64,000 nt of DNA from Chiloscyllium plagiosum. Lineage: Eukaryota. Numbering within the stretch: the first letter of the stretch is position 1; every line of letters begins with the position of its first letter. The stretch spans positions 49,592,561-49,656,560 of the forward strand of contig NC_057728.1 of assembly GCF_004010195.1 (NCBI RefSeq), read 5' to 3'. Shown piece by piece: positions 56,501 through 64,000 of the stretch. Position numbers and translations under genes: made by a program. The notes below the pieces were generated by a model. That model worked only from the letters and a program-made list of their open reading frames with translations. It was not told the DNA's origin and made no database searches.

Positions 56501-59500
56501 TAGTGTTATCTTCATGTGTATTATTTAATTCATTATGCGATATCAAGTCTGATCAGCTGACTTTGCAAATACTTAGTATAATCTAGTGTGTTGTAGAATC
56601 ATAGCGTCAAAAAGCATGGAAACAGACCCTTCGGTCCAACTCATCCATGCTAACTGTGTTTCCCAAACTAAACGAATCCCACATGCCTGCATTTGGCTTG
56701 TCTCCTTCCAAACCTTTTCTGTACATGTACTTGTCCAAATGTCTTTTAAATGTTTTAACTGGACCTGCATTTACCACTTCCTCTGGCAGTTCATTCCACA
56801 TACGAACCACTCCCAATGTGGAAAATGTTGCCCCTCAGGTCCTTTTCAAATCTTTTTCCTGTCACCTTAATGATATATCCCCACGACCTCGAGGTAATCC
56901 CAGAATAAATTAATTTTTAAAATTTTAAAATTTTGTGCCTTTTTTTTCCAGTTCTCATGCACGTGGAATGGAAAACAAAGCATTCTGGTGTATTTATTAT
57001 GAACATCTGGACCAGGCAGCTCATTTTACGGGTAAATAAAACTAAAATGTTTTGCAAATTCAAAGTAATCAAAGTCATAGAAAAGTCATTAAGTTAGTCT
57101 GCCTCTCAAGGAGAGTTGGAGAGAATCTAATCTGGTTTACTGTTTATGACATCTTTCCAAATTGTCTTTTTTTTTGCCTTTTGTGTGATGAACTTGTACC
57201 TTTCTGTAAAAAGTACATTGGCAGGCTCTTGTAAACATAGTGACTAACCACTATGGTAACGAAATTGCACAAATGAAGCCTATGATCTATCAAAACAGGT
57301 TTCACTCTGGGACCTGACTTGTCCAGTAGTACCACCAACTGGGATTATAGCACTTCCTAGACCCCCAACATACGCATTATCATGGCCTTCTGTTGGAGCA
57401 GACTGACTTTATTGTTGCTAATATATAACTTGATTTCTACAAGTCAGAGAACTTCCAAGTGTTTTGTAAAGAAGAACATCACACCATAGATGGAAAGACT
57501 TGCTTTTCTCCAGCACCTCTTGCCACGTCAGTATGTCCAAAGTGTTTCAAAGCCAATGAAGGGGTTCTGAACTTTGTGATGGCTGTTGTAACGTAGAAAC
57601 TATGGCAACAAGTTTGTGAAAAGCAAGATTCCACCATCAGCAATGTGGTAACGACCAGATAGTCTGATCAGGATAGGAATGTCTTGGTGCAGTTGTACAT
57701 GGCTTCGTTAAGATCCTACCTGGAGTATTGTGTGCAATTTGGTCTCCTTATCTAACGGAGGAGGATATGCTTGCCATAGCGGGAGTGCAGTGAAGGCTCA
57801 GTAGGCCTTTTCCAGGGAATGACAGTACAGTCCTACGCGGAGAGACGGGTTTGATTGGGCCTATATTCATCTGAACTGTTAGAATGAGTATGGATGTGAA
57901 TGGAACTTTTAAAATCCTAATGGGGATGGGCAGACTAGATGCACTGAGGATATTTCCCCTGGTTGGGGGAGTTTAAAACCAAGGGTCTCAGGATATGAAA
58001 TCGACCTGATTTAGTTGGAGGGTGGAATTCACGACCACAGGAGATCAGGATACTGAGTATATTCAAGAAAAGCGATTGGTAAATGTTTAAATTTTAAAGG
58101 TATGAAAAGATCTGAAGAAAAACTGGGAATATGACATTGAGATAAAGGGTCAGCCATGATCAGAATGTATGGTGAGTAGGCATAAAGGGCTGAATGGCCT
58201 ACTCCAGCTCATAATTTCTGTGTTTCTATTCTGTTCTGGTTGTGAGATGAATATTGGCTCCAGCAATATACAGCACTTCCTAGTTCTTCTTCAGCAAAGA
58301 TGTTTTCTGCAAATGAGACCCTTGGTTTAACATTGCAGCTGAAAGAATGTTATCGCTGGTGGGTGGTAAATGGCATTGTTTTGCTGCTACAGTGAAATGA
58401 TCCATTTATGGTTAACAGCCAAATTGAGAAGACAATAATGGGTGAGCTCATTTGAAAGTTAGTTATCCAGCCAGTTTCACTGGGGAACACTGATGCCACC
58501 TCTCTCCCCTCACAGCATCTCGAAATGCATCACACTTGGTGGTCATTATGTTTCTAATGCTCTTAACCAGTAAAGGTGCAAAGCTGCCAAGATCACTTAG
58601 AGTTGTTGTAGCTGCTCTAGGCTCCAGCTGATTGCCTAGTTTTCTCACTTTCAAACAAAAAAAAGGCAACTCTTGACAAGTGATAGGTGGAATGGAATAG
58701 GTGTGCACTATGGTGCAAGATAACATCAAACTGCCATTTTTAAATTCTTTGATGGTCAATGACCGTTGCTGGCTAGACCAGTATTTTGTTGTCTATCCCT
58801 AAATTTCCTGGAGATGGTGGTGGGTGGGTGTGCGCATGTGCGGTTAAACACACAGTTCTGGTAATGGACTTTAGTGGTTTGATAGAGTTGAGACTACCAA
58901 GCCATTTCAGAAGGCACAAATTCACCAAAGATCCTCACACAGCACCTTCCAAGCCCACAGCCACTTCTTCCATCTAGATGGACAAGGGGAGCAACATCGA
59001 CTCCCTCCTAGCCACTCATCATCTTGACTTGAAAACATATCATTGTTAATTCACTGTCGCTGGGTCAAAATCCTTGACTTCCTTCCCGAAGGGGATTGTG
59101 GGTCTACCTGCAGCACATAGACTGCAGCAGTTCAAGATGGTAGCTCATCACCACCTTTTCAAATGCAACTAGGAACGGACAATAAATGTTGGCCCAGCCA
59201 GCGATGCCCATGTCTCACCAGTGAATTTTTAAAAAAAAGTTGAGTCAACCACATTGATGTTTACCTCAAGTCACGTTGATAGAACAGATAGGGAAAGTGG
59301 TTTGCCTTCACGAAAGAACATTAGTGAATGAGCTGGGTTGACAATGACTATCTAGTGGTTTCACAGTCATCATTACCAGCTGCCAAGGACCAATTTGATC
59401 CCATTTCCCCGGAGTTCATTGACATTATTGCACACCACTTTCCTGTAATTATCGAGTTGCGATTAATTAAGCTTATAAATGGATATGTCATAAAATATCC

Positions 59501-61238
59501 ACTCAGTTGAGCTTTCTAGACATGCTCATGACTTTGAATCCATAATTATCCTTAAGCACTGACAAATGTTAATTAATGATACAATGCATATCCAACATTC
59601 AAAGATAAATTAATTAAAAGAAAACAGACAGCTGGAAAAGCTCATCTGTGGAGAGAGAAAAACAGTTGATAGTTCGAGTTCGACATGACTCATCTACATC
59701 TTAGAATCTGTGTTTAATATGATCTACCTTTTGTTTTAACCAGAGAAGGAATTGAAATGTGAATTGGGAGAGGAAATGAAAGACAACATTACATCGGACA
59801 CTCCGAGTAGTCTGCCAGATATAATCAGAGGATTGTACCAGGATCAGCTTCATATGGCAATGAAGTCCAATGAGAGGACAGATCGCACCAACTTCCGCTT
59901 CCTGCTTTGGAAAGCAATGGGTGACTTCGCTGACAGAGTAGAACCTCGGTCACGGGAACTCTCTCCTTTGCTTCTAAGATTTATTGAGTAAGTCAGGGTA
60001 CAGCTTTGCACGTCTCAATGCAGTTAGCATAGTCCCAGTAGATATATCTTTTCAAATTCATTGAGAGCTGGGAATCAGTTTGTGGTTGTGGAGAATGTGA
60101 CCAGAGCGTGATAAGCTACTTCCATTGGCAGACCAGCAAGGCAGAGATTCGGGGATTAGAAACCAATGTCACATCAGGTTTAATAAAATATATAACTAAA
60201 TATGGGCCTTAAAATCCCAACTGGTTCAGTGACATCCTACGTAGAAGGCAATGCGCTATGCTTATGTATATTCTGTATGTGACTTCAGTCTCTTGTTTAT
60301 GGGGTTGTGGTCTAATGACCTTAGGGCAACTGAACATGGACAATAAATGCTGTCCTATTAAATGCCTCATGCCAAGACAAATAATTTTAGCAAAAGGACA
60401 ATAAATCTTTAATGTTAGCAAACTTTGGACATACATTTTGCTGCTGAGGACGGTTACTAGCTACTAGTTTAAGTTAGGTTACTAGGTTAAGATTTGGCAG
60501 CAATTTGGAATAATGCTGTGAAAGTTGAGGCTGTGACGGCACAGTTTTGTTCACTTGTCTCCCGCAATCCAGCGAAATGGTGTTTGTAAAACTATATTTA
60601 CTGGAAAAAAAAGTCCCTCTAGTCAGTAACCAAGGAAGTAAAATATTCAATAATCAAATAACACTCGCATACTATCATCTCAACATTTTGCAGTGAAACA
60701 GTGAAAAACTTAGTTTGCTTCCATGCACACATGCACAAGCTCACTCTCCAGTGTGAACACATGCCATGTAAATAAGCATTGATCACACGAACAGTGTTCA
60801 GTCACATCTAGATTAGCAACATGTGGTTGGTGATTAATTTGTGACCACACTGATTTGGAAAGATTTAGACCCATAAACAAGTTTTCAGTGCGCAGAAATT
60901 TCTTTAAATGCAGTTTAGTGAAATTCCTTTAATTATTTTATGCACGCGCATTTATATAAATGAATCAACTTGTGCGCAATACACTTGGTTGCTGCTTGGC
61001 TTCCGCACAGCAAACATTGTTCGCAAGTGACCTGTCCCTTTGCTTGGTTTAGCAATGAATATTACCCAGCGGACTTGTTGGTTGCCCCAGCTGAAGACAT
61101 CAGGAAGAAGCAGGGGACTGATGAGAATGTGACTGCTGTCGAACTGCAGGATGGGTGCAGTGCAGTCGCTGATGAGATTGAAGGTCCTGACGAACTCAAG
61201 TTTGCTGTGGGGAAGAAGCCCAGGAGGGCAGCTGTAAA
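26209..61238 (+). CDS. UTP20: UTP20 small subunit processome component (HEAT-repeat protein), coding exons 1-22; remainder lies beyond the right window edge
   Basis: 22 GT-AG exons with consistent phase total 2729 nt. The translation matches UTP20 as recalled, e.g. FLTFSERLANVNIDIIHRIDR, LVVQLARDLQGDFYPHF, FAAESFAFLMRK, YREKLLHLRKLRHD, RVEPRSRELSPL and NEYYPADL. Confidence 0.96.
27462..27542 (+). CDS. UTP20: UTP20 exon 2 (81 bp)
   Basis: Acceptor tacag; FLTFSERLANVNIDIIHRIDRTGSYAE; donor gtaaag. Confidence 0.95.
28060..28565 (-). mobile_element. old Deu-domain-like SINE (other copies at about 6198-6455 with 7776-7862, 38800-39000 with 39480-39680, 33700-34200, 57490-58350)
   Basis: Recurrent decayed unit with a tRNA-like head, an AAAGATCCC..GCAC..GAAGA..AG..GTCCTGGCCAATATTTATCC core and an AAAG.GCTTTG.GA tail. 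The family assignment is from recall. Confidence 0.5.
28286..28313 (+). ncRNA. minimal (Penelope-type) hammerhead ribozyme core, intact
   Basis: CTGATGA-A-GGGC-TTTT-GCCC-GAAAC-GTC: conserved core, 4-bp stem II and palindromic ACGT in place of stem III. It sits in an insert of about 95 bp with TSD AGCTGTTCTTTT (28270-28281, 28376-28387). Confidence 0.75.
28930..28996 (+). CDS. UTP20: UTP20 exon 3 (67 bp)
   Basis: Acceptor ctcag; EVETYFYEGLEKWRDLNCTDHF plus 1 nt; donor gtatgg. Confidence 0.95.
29243..29460. mobile_element. palindromic Penelope-derived mini element (CUGAAGA subfamily)
   Basis: Imperfect inverted arms of about 80 bp at 29276-29355 and 29383-29462; core at 29373-29400; 17-bp duplication GCATTTATTGCCAGAGG at 29226-29242 and 29461-29477. 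Confidence 0.85.
29750..30835 (-). mobile_element. decayed CR1-type LINE endonuclease region
   Basis: ORF 30529-30723: TLLRVVYWSPN...VIMDDFN, a degenerate GVVYRPPN / IMGDFN APE motif pair. Confidence 0.75.
31267..31399 (+). CDS. UTP20: UTP20 exon 4 (133 bp)
   Basis: Acceptor tctag; NFYKEVCGITQSFNQLVYHQNTVVESLKNHLQIRSSLAYQPLL; donor gtaagg. Confidence 0.95.
31535..31829 (+). mobile_element. HE1-type V-SINE
   Basis: GGCGGCACGGTGGCTCAGTGGTTAGCACTGC...TAATCTAAT tail. Confidence 0.9.
32188..32376 (+). CDS. UTP20: UTP20 exon 5 (189 bp)
   Basis: Acceptor tacag; LVVQLARDLQGDFYPHF...YLWRLMVKDITDIY; donor gtgcac. Confidence 0.95.
32762..33085 (+). mobile_element. Penelope-like element 3' end (GIY-YIG C-terminus plus terminal repeat, with inverted 5' copy)
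   Basis: Translates to AREFLEAWHSSTDAINKHIDLDPIY. GGGTGTGTTCGCCGAGCTGGGA (about 32793-32814) is inverted relative to TCCCAGCTCGGTGAACATACCC (about 33050-33071). A degenerate hammerhead-like core lies at about 33004-33037. Confidence 0.75.
33756..34073 (-). mobile_element. HE1-type V-SINE
   Basis: Full-length reverse copy, inserted in an older SINE. Confidence 0.9.
34287..34368 (+). CDS. UTP20: UTP20 exon 6 (82 bp)
   Basis: Acceptor ttgtag; LYSSLLGHNKEHIRCFAAESFAFLMRK; donor gtgagt. Confidence 0.95.
34863..35000 (+). CDS. UTP20: UTP20 exon 7 (138 bp)
   Basis: Acceptor ttgcag; APDHNALFNFMFADLEQHSEKAEGVGQLLFDVCKGVQNTLHSCAAK; donor gtaata. Confidence 0.95.
36968..37140. mobile_element. palindromic Penelope-derived mini element inserted in a LINE
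   Basis: Inverted arms; 13-bp TSD CTGAATTGGACTA at 36955-36967 and 37141-37153. Confidence 0.85.
37009..37036 (-). ncRNA. minimal hammerhead ribozyme core (CUGAAGA subfamily), intact
   Basis: Reverse complement reads CTGAAGA-A-GGGC-TTAT-GCCC-GAAAC-GTC. Confidence 0.7.
37907..38062 (+). CDS. UTP20: UTP20 exon 8 (156 bp)
   Basis: Acceptor ttgtag; IFPAVLQKLGPVTELEAVLPW...VVWNCLQ; donor gtaagt. Confidence 0.93.
39010..39480 (-). mobile_element. CR1/HER1-type LINE 3' fragment nested in an older SINE
   Basis: ORF 39084-39422: FSLERRRMQGNIMEIYKIMRG. Confidence 0.9.
39998..40144 (+). CDS. UTP20: UTP20 exon 9 (147 bp)
   Basis: Acceptor ttggtag; RCILGLCDQLNCGDRQQGSDQIQRILQIYLVMVESGQGSKVTHPVELCE; donor gtgagt. 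Confidence 0.88.
40932..41066 (+). CDS. UTP20: UTP20 exon 10 (135 bp)
   Basis: Acceptor ctttag; TLIQTLQASQMTTSCCEALLEVFSTLLKAQNITLPKALTVEASRK; donor gtaatt. Confidence 0.9.
41319..41625. mobile_element. Tc1/mariner (Tigger-like) MITE
   Basis: Imperfect TIRs CAGGTACACAATCCTTTATC / GATAAAAGGTAGTCTACCTG with TA on both sides (41317-41318, 41626-41627). Confidence 0.75.
42102..42310. mobile_element. palindromic Penelope-derived mini element
   Basis: Perfect 85-bp inverted arms at 42100-42184 and 42190-42274; 14-bp TSD AATCACAATTACAT at 42088-42101 and 42311-42324. Confidence 0.88.
42183..42210 (+). ncRNA. minimal hammerhead ribozyme core (GUA triplet) at the apex of a perfect palindrome
   Basis: CTGATGA-A-GGGC-TTTT-GCCC-GAAAC-GTA. 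Confidence 0.72.
43227..43304 (+). CDS. UTP20: UTP20 exon 11 (78 bp)
   Basis: Acceptor tttcag; IYSCGFERKLILEFSEKIFNMCQFEQ; donor gtaagc. Confidence 0.92.
44414..44592 (+). CDS. UTP20: UTP20 exon 12 (179 bp)
   Basis: Acceptor ttatag; LFLPNLLQYV...PPTVGSMAFEKYPLHFAGPVQ plus 2 nt; donor gtgagt. Confidence 0.92.
44970..45173 (+). mobile_element. HE1-type V-SINE, 3'-truncated
   Basis: Head and V domain are present; the tail is absent. Confidence 0.85.
45368..45508 (+). CDS. UTP20: UTP20 exon 13 (141 bp; acceptor less certain)
   Basis: Acceptor atgaaag; NSSGVKNGGPVALVLDFILSLLHIPEAGERLDLAHSWAALIILPHV; donor gtgaga. This is the first AG after an AG-free stretch of about 88 nt, and the phase fits. 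Confidence 0.85.
45680..46142 (+). mobile_element. CR1/HER1-type LINE 3' fragment
   Basis: ORF 45846-46040: [21 protein letters not shown]. Confidence 0.9.
47010..48620. mobile_element. cluster of decayed and nested CR1-type fragments in both orientations
   Basis: Plus-strand CR1 at about 47500-47880 and 48325-48620, interrupted by a minus-strand CR1 tail at about 47881-48320. Confidence 0.7.
49368..49459 (+). CDS. UTP20: UTP20 exon 14 (92 bp)
   Basis: Acceptor tcacag; PMQTEKVLDQVQLFFNWLLATLEENDSIDE; donor gtcagt. Confidence 0.88.
49597..50572 (+). mobile_element. young 5'-truncated CR1-type LINE (RT C-terminal half plus 3' UTR)
   Basis: ORF 49731-50492: [57 protein letters not shown]. Confidence 0.95.
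51035..51140 (+). CDS. UTP20: UTP20 exon 15 (106 bp)
   Basis: Acceptor tgatag; WMYVARQAVSTILSLTESSDVLSILPVECVRNLI; donor gtaagt. Confidence 0.92.
51460..51610 (+). CDS. UTP20: UTP20 exon 16 (151 bp)
   Basis: Acceptor ttgcag; KSPSNPSALLLGDLYYTRLALCG...NLSTSVSK; donor gtattt. Confidence 0.93.
52600..52875 (-). mobile_element. two nested Penelope-type terminal fragments
   Basis: A younger copy at 52697-52830 sits inside an older related copy, flanked by ACAGAGTTA at 52688-52696 and 52831-52839. Confidence 0.7.
53139..53201 (+). CDS. UTP20: UTP20 exon 17 (63 bp)
   Basis: Acceptor aaatag; VRLLSLRIMNHFKVQLRERVE; donor gtatgg. Confidence 0.92.
53978..54136 (+). CDS. UTP20: UTP20 exon 18 (159 bp)
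   Basis: Acceptor ttacag; DESDGDLQSVFAILLQAELVPATVHDYREKLLHLRKLRHD...QYDE; donor gtaggg. Confidence 0.95.
54874..55005 (-). mobile_element. Penelope terminal-repeat fragment with mutated hammerhead core (54974-55001), inserted in a LINE
   Basis: Reverse complement of the 28282/42190 family; GAAA is mutated to AAAA. Confidence 0.8.
55956..56032 (+). CDS. UTP20: UTP20 exon 19 (77 bp)
   Basis: Acceptor ttccag; VPLQYLIGMLYINFSALWDPVIELI plus 2 nt; donor gtaagt. Confidence 0.95.
56065..56330 (+). mobile_element. CR1/HER1-type LINE 3' fragment
   Basis: FFTERVVLVGNELPEEVVEAGTIATFKRRL. Confidence 0.9.
56595..56868 (-). mobile_element. CR1/HER1-type LINE 3' fragment
   Basis: [26 protein letters not shown]. 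Confidence 0.9.
56952..57031 (+). CDS. UTP20: UTP20 exon 20 (80 bp)
   Basis: Acceptor ttccag; SHARGMENKAFWCIYYEHLDQAAHFT; donor gtaaat. Confidence 0.95.
57665..58230 (+). mobile_element. decayed CR1-type LINE 3' fragment nested in an older SINE
   Basis: GGAGTATTGTGTGCAATTTGGTCTCC...GGGCTGAATGGCCTACTCC. Confidence 0.75.
59744..59987 (+). CDS. UTP20: UTP20 exon 21 (244 bp)
   Basis: Acceptor aaccag; KELKCELGEE...ERTDRTNFRFLLWKAMGDFADRVEPRSRELSPLLLRFI; donor gtaagt. Confidence 0.95.
61053..61238 (+). CDS. UTP20: UTP20 exon 22 (186 bp)
   Basis: Acceptor gtttag; NEYYPADLLVAPAEDIRKK...KKPRRAAV plus 2 nt; donor gtaagt. Confidence 0.93.
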
Positions 61239-61587
61239 GTAAGTACCAGACACTTTTCCTAAACCCTGAACTCATCCAAATCTCAGTTGCCTATAGCTGA
61301 TTGTAGTATTTTGTTCCCCCATTGCCAAATTGTGGCATTTTCCTTTAGCTGGTTGTAAGTAATTGGGTGCTTAATTGTATTCAAGTGATGGACAGTAACT
61401 GCAGATTTAATTGTGTTCTGCATCAACAAGCAGATTGATTGTTGGATTTCGGAAGTCTATGCTTATAACCAGCGTCTTTGTCAATAAATAGTTTCCACCG
61501 TTTAAGCATGGGTTCCCATTCTGTCTTTGTGGGCTAGTTGTTTTGAAGCGTGACCCCCATTTTCTAACTTGCACCAAGTTCCATTTG

Positions 61588-61972
61588 CATCAGAGGCTAA
61601 GGGGGTGACCTTATAGTGGTTTTTAAAATCTTGAGGGGCATGGATAGGGTGTATAGCCAAGGTGGTCTTCCCAGGGTACATGTGTCTAAAACTAGAGGGC
61701 ATAGGTTTAAGGTGAGAGGGGAAAAATTTAAAAGGGACCTAAGGGGAGACTTTTTCACGCAGAGGGTGGCATGAGCTGCCACAGGAAGTGGTGGAGGCTG
61801 GTACAATTATACCAATCAAAAGGCATCTGGATGGGTATATGAATAGGAAGGGTTTGGGGGGATATGGGCCAAGTGCGGGCAAATAGGACTAGATTAATTT
61901 AGGACATCTGGTTGACATGGATGAGTTAGACCAAAGGGTCTGTTTCCATACTATGCAACACTATGACTATGA
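61588..61972 (+). mobile_element. CR1/HER1-type LINE 3' fragment
   Basis: Homologous to 1960-2340 and 12110-12478. Confidence 0.88.
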
Positions 61973-62754
61973 CGGTATGATACCCATATTAAAACCCTCC
62001 GCCTTGACCTTAAGGCCCTCCGTGGCATTGTCCATGCTGATATTTGTATCTTGCTCTAGCCCTCTAGATATATGCTGTTATCTTATTCTGGCATTTTGCG
62101 CATTTCTGATTCTGATTTTGGTGCCTTTAACTGCTTGGTTCCCATCTCTGGAATTCCCACTCCAATTCTCTCTGCCTTTAAGGCAATGCTTCGAATCTGT
62201 TTGACCATGTTTCTACTCTGACAGTTTGTTTCTTAATAGATATAGTGTTGTTTTTCATTTGATAACCCTGTTTTATTGCATAGTATAAATGGAAGTTCTT
62301 ATGGTAGTACTTCAGTAAGCCACCCTTCTCAGATTGCAAGAACCTGCATCTGTTTTGCAACTGAACTGGTCTCCAGAACCTCCCCAAGTTCTGTGCAGCA
62401 AATGTAGTATTTTTGAAATACAGGAAATTGAGCAGCTAATTAGTGTGCGCTTCAATCACAAGAATATGGTGAACCAAGACTGGGTTCCTGCCTATGAATA
62501 TACAGTATGTCACTTCCAGCGAGTGTAAATATGCAATGTTATGAGCTCGACTGATTATCTTAAATTGGTTGCTGGAGTAGTTATTGGCAATTTAAGATGA
62601 TCAAAGACCCTCCTTCTACAAGCAAATGGAATTTGTTCAAGCCTTGCTTTTTTTTTTGAAATCCCCAGAAGCTTGGGATGCATCTCTTTTATTTGCCATG
62701 ATAACGCCTCAGCCAATCAGAGCCAACTTGTCAACCAATCAATGTCCTGTGGTC

Positions 62755-64000
62755 ATAGAACATAACATAGAACATTACAGCGCAGTACAGGCCCTCCGGC
62801 CCTCGATGTTGCACAGACCTGTCATACCAATCTGAAGCCCATCTAACCTACGCTATTCCATGTACATCCATATGCTTGTCCAATGACGACTTAAATGTAC
62901 TTAAAGTTGGCGAAGCTACTACCGTTGCAGGCAAAGCATTCCATACCCTTGCTACTCTCTGAGTAAAGAAACTATCTCTGACATCTGTCCTATATCTATC
63001 ACCCCTCAGTTTAAAGCTATGCCCCCTCGTGCTCGTCGTCACCATACTTGGAAAAAGGATCTCCCTGTCCACCCTATCTAACCCTCTGATTATCTTATAT
63101 GTCTCTATTAAGTCACCTCTCAACCTTCTTCTCTCCAACGAAAACAGCCTTAAATCCCACAGCCTTTCCTCGTAAGATCTTCCCTCCATACCAGGGAACA
63201 TCCTAGTGAATCTCCTCTGCACCCTTTCCAAAGCTTCCACATCCTTCTTATAATGCGGTGACCAGAACTGTACACACTGCTCCAAGTGCGACCGCACCAG
63301 AGTTTTGTACAGCTGCAGCATAACCTCATGGTTCCGGAACTCAATCCCTTTATTAATAAAAGCTAAAACACTGTTTGCCTTCTTAACAACCCTGTCAACC
63401 TGGGTGGCAACTTTCAAGGATCTGTGTACATGGACACCGAGATCTCTCTGCACATCTACACTACCAAGAATCTTCCCATTAACCCAGTACTTTGCATTCC
63501 GGTTACTCCGACCAAAGTGAATCACCTCATACTTGTCCACATTAAACTCCATTTGCCACCTCTCAGTCCAGCTCTGCACTTATCTATGTCTCTCTGTAAC
63601 CTACAACATCCTTCGTCACTATCCACAACTCCACCGACTTAGTGTTGTCAACAGATTTACTAACCCACCCTTCTACGCCCTCATCCAGGTCGTTTATAAA
63701 AATGATGAACAGCAGTGGACCCAACACCGACCCTTGCGGTACACCACTCGTAACTGTGCTCTAGGATGAACATTTCCCATCAATCACCACCCTCTGTCAT
63801 CTTTCAGCAAGCCAATTACTGATCCAAACTGCTATATCTCCCACAGTCCCATTCTTCCGCATTTTGTTCAAAAGCCTACTATGGGGAACCTTATCGAATG
63901 CCTTGCTGAAATCCATATACACCACATCAATCGGTGTACTCTCATCTACCTGTTTGGTCACCTTCTCAAAGAACTCAATAAGGTTTTTGAGGCACGACCT
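62755..64000 (-). mobile_element. young CR1-type LINE, running off the right edge
   Basis: ORF 62848-63579 with CR1 RT C-terminal motifs; upstream [10 protein letters not shown] motif at about 63715-63745; short tandem-repeat tail. Confidence 0.95.

Noticed and set aside
62400..62530. Possible UTP20 exon 23 (EQLISVRF...)
   Set aside because: Only QLI resembles the expected QLIAHLQVFSKF start and the rest does not match. Exon 23 is probably beyond the window.
1..64000. CRISPR array, prokaryotic operon or U12-type intron
   Set aside because: There is no repeat-spacer array and the content is vertebrate. All traced introns are GT-AG, with no RTATCCTT donor.

Overview
This is repeat-rich vertebrate genomic DNA. 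The HE1-type V-SINEs, HER1/CR1-type LINEs, Deu-domain-like SINEs and abundant Penelope remnants point to an elasmobranch (shark); the species cannot be fixed from sequence alone. Two protein-coding genes lie head-to-head about 11.4 kb apart, as in the conserved vertebrate SLC5A8-UTP20 neighbourhood. The SLC5A8-like sodium/monocarboxylate symporter is on the minus strand (coding exons 1-7, 14797 down to 217, 321 codons) and continues off the left edge. UTP20 is on the plus strand (coding exons 1-22, 26209-61238, about 909 codons) and continues off the right edge. I traced all exons by hand, with GT-AG sites and consistent phases. A 435-N gap lies at 9675-10109. The most unusual signal is a set of short Penelope-derived insertions that carry minimal hammerhead-ribozyme cores (CUGA[U/A]GA-stem II-GAAACGUH). 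Many are fold-back palindromes (one has perfect 85-bp arms), several are flanked by 9-17 bp direct repeats, they share a boundary just 5' of the ribozyme core, and two hit the same position in two copies of one host LINE. Other points of note are a TSD-flanked poly(A) insertion in the probable SLC5A8 5' leader, non-conservative changes in SLC5A8 TM1-TM3, and a YY1-overlapping uORF before UTP20. No bacterial-type systems, CRISPR arrays or rRNA genes are evident. Repeat boundaries are approximate and family names come from recall, not database searches.
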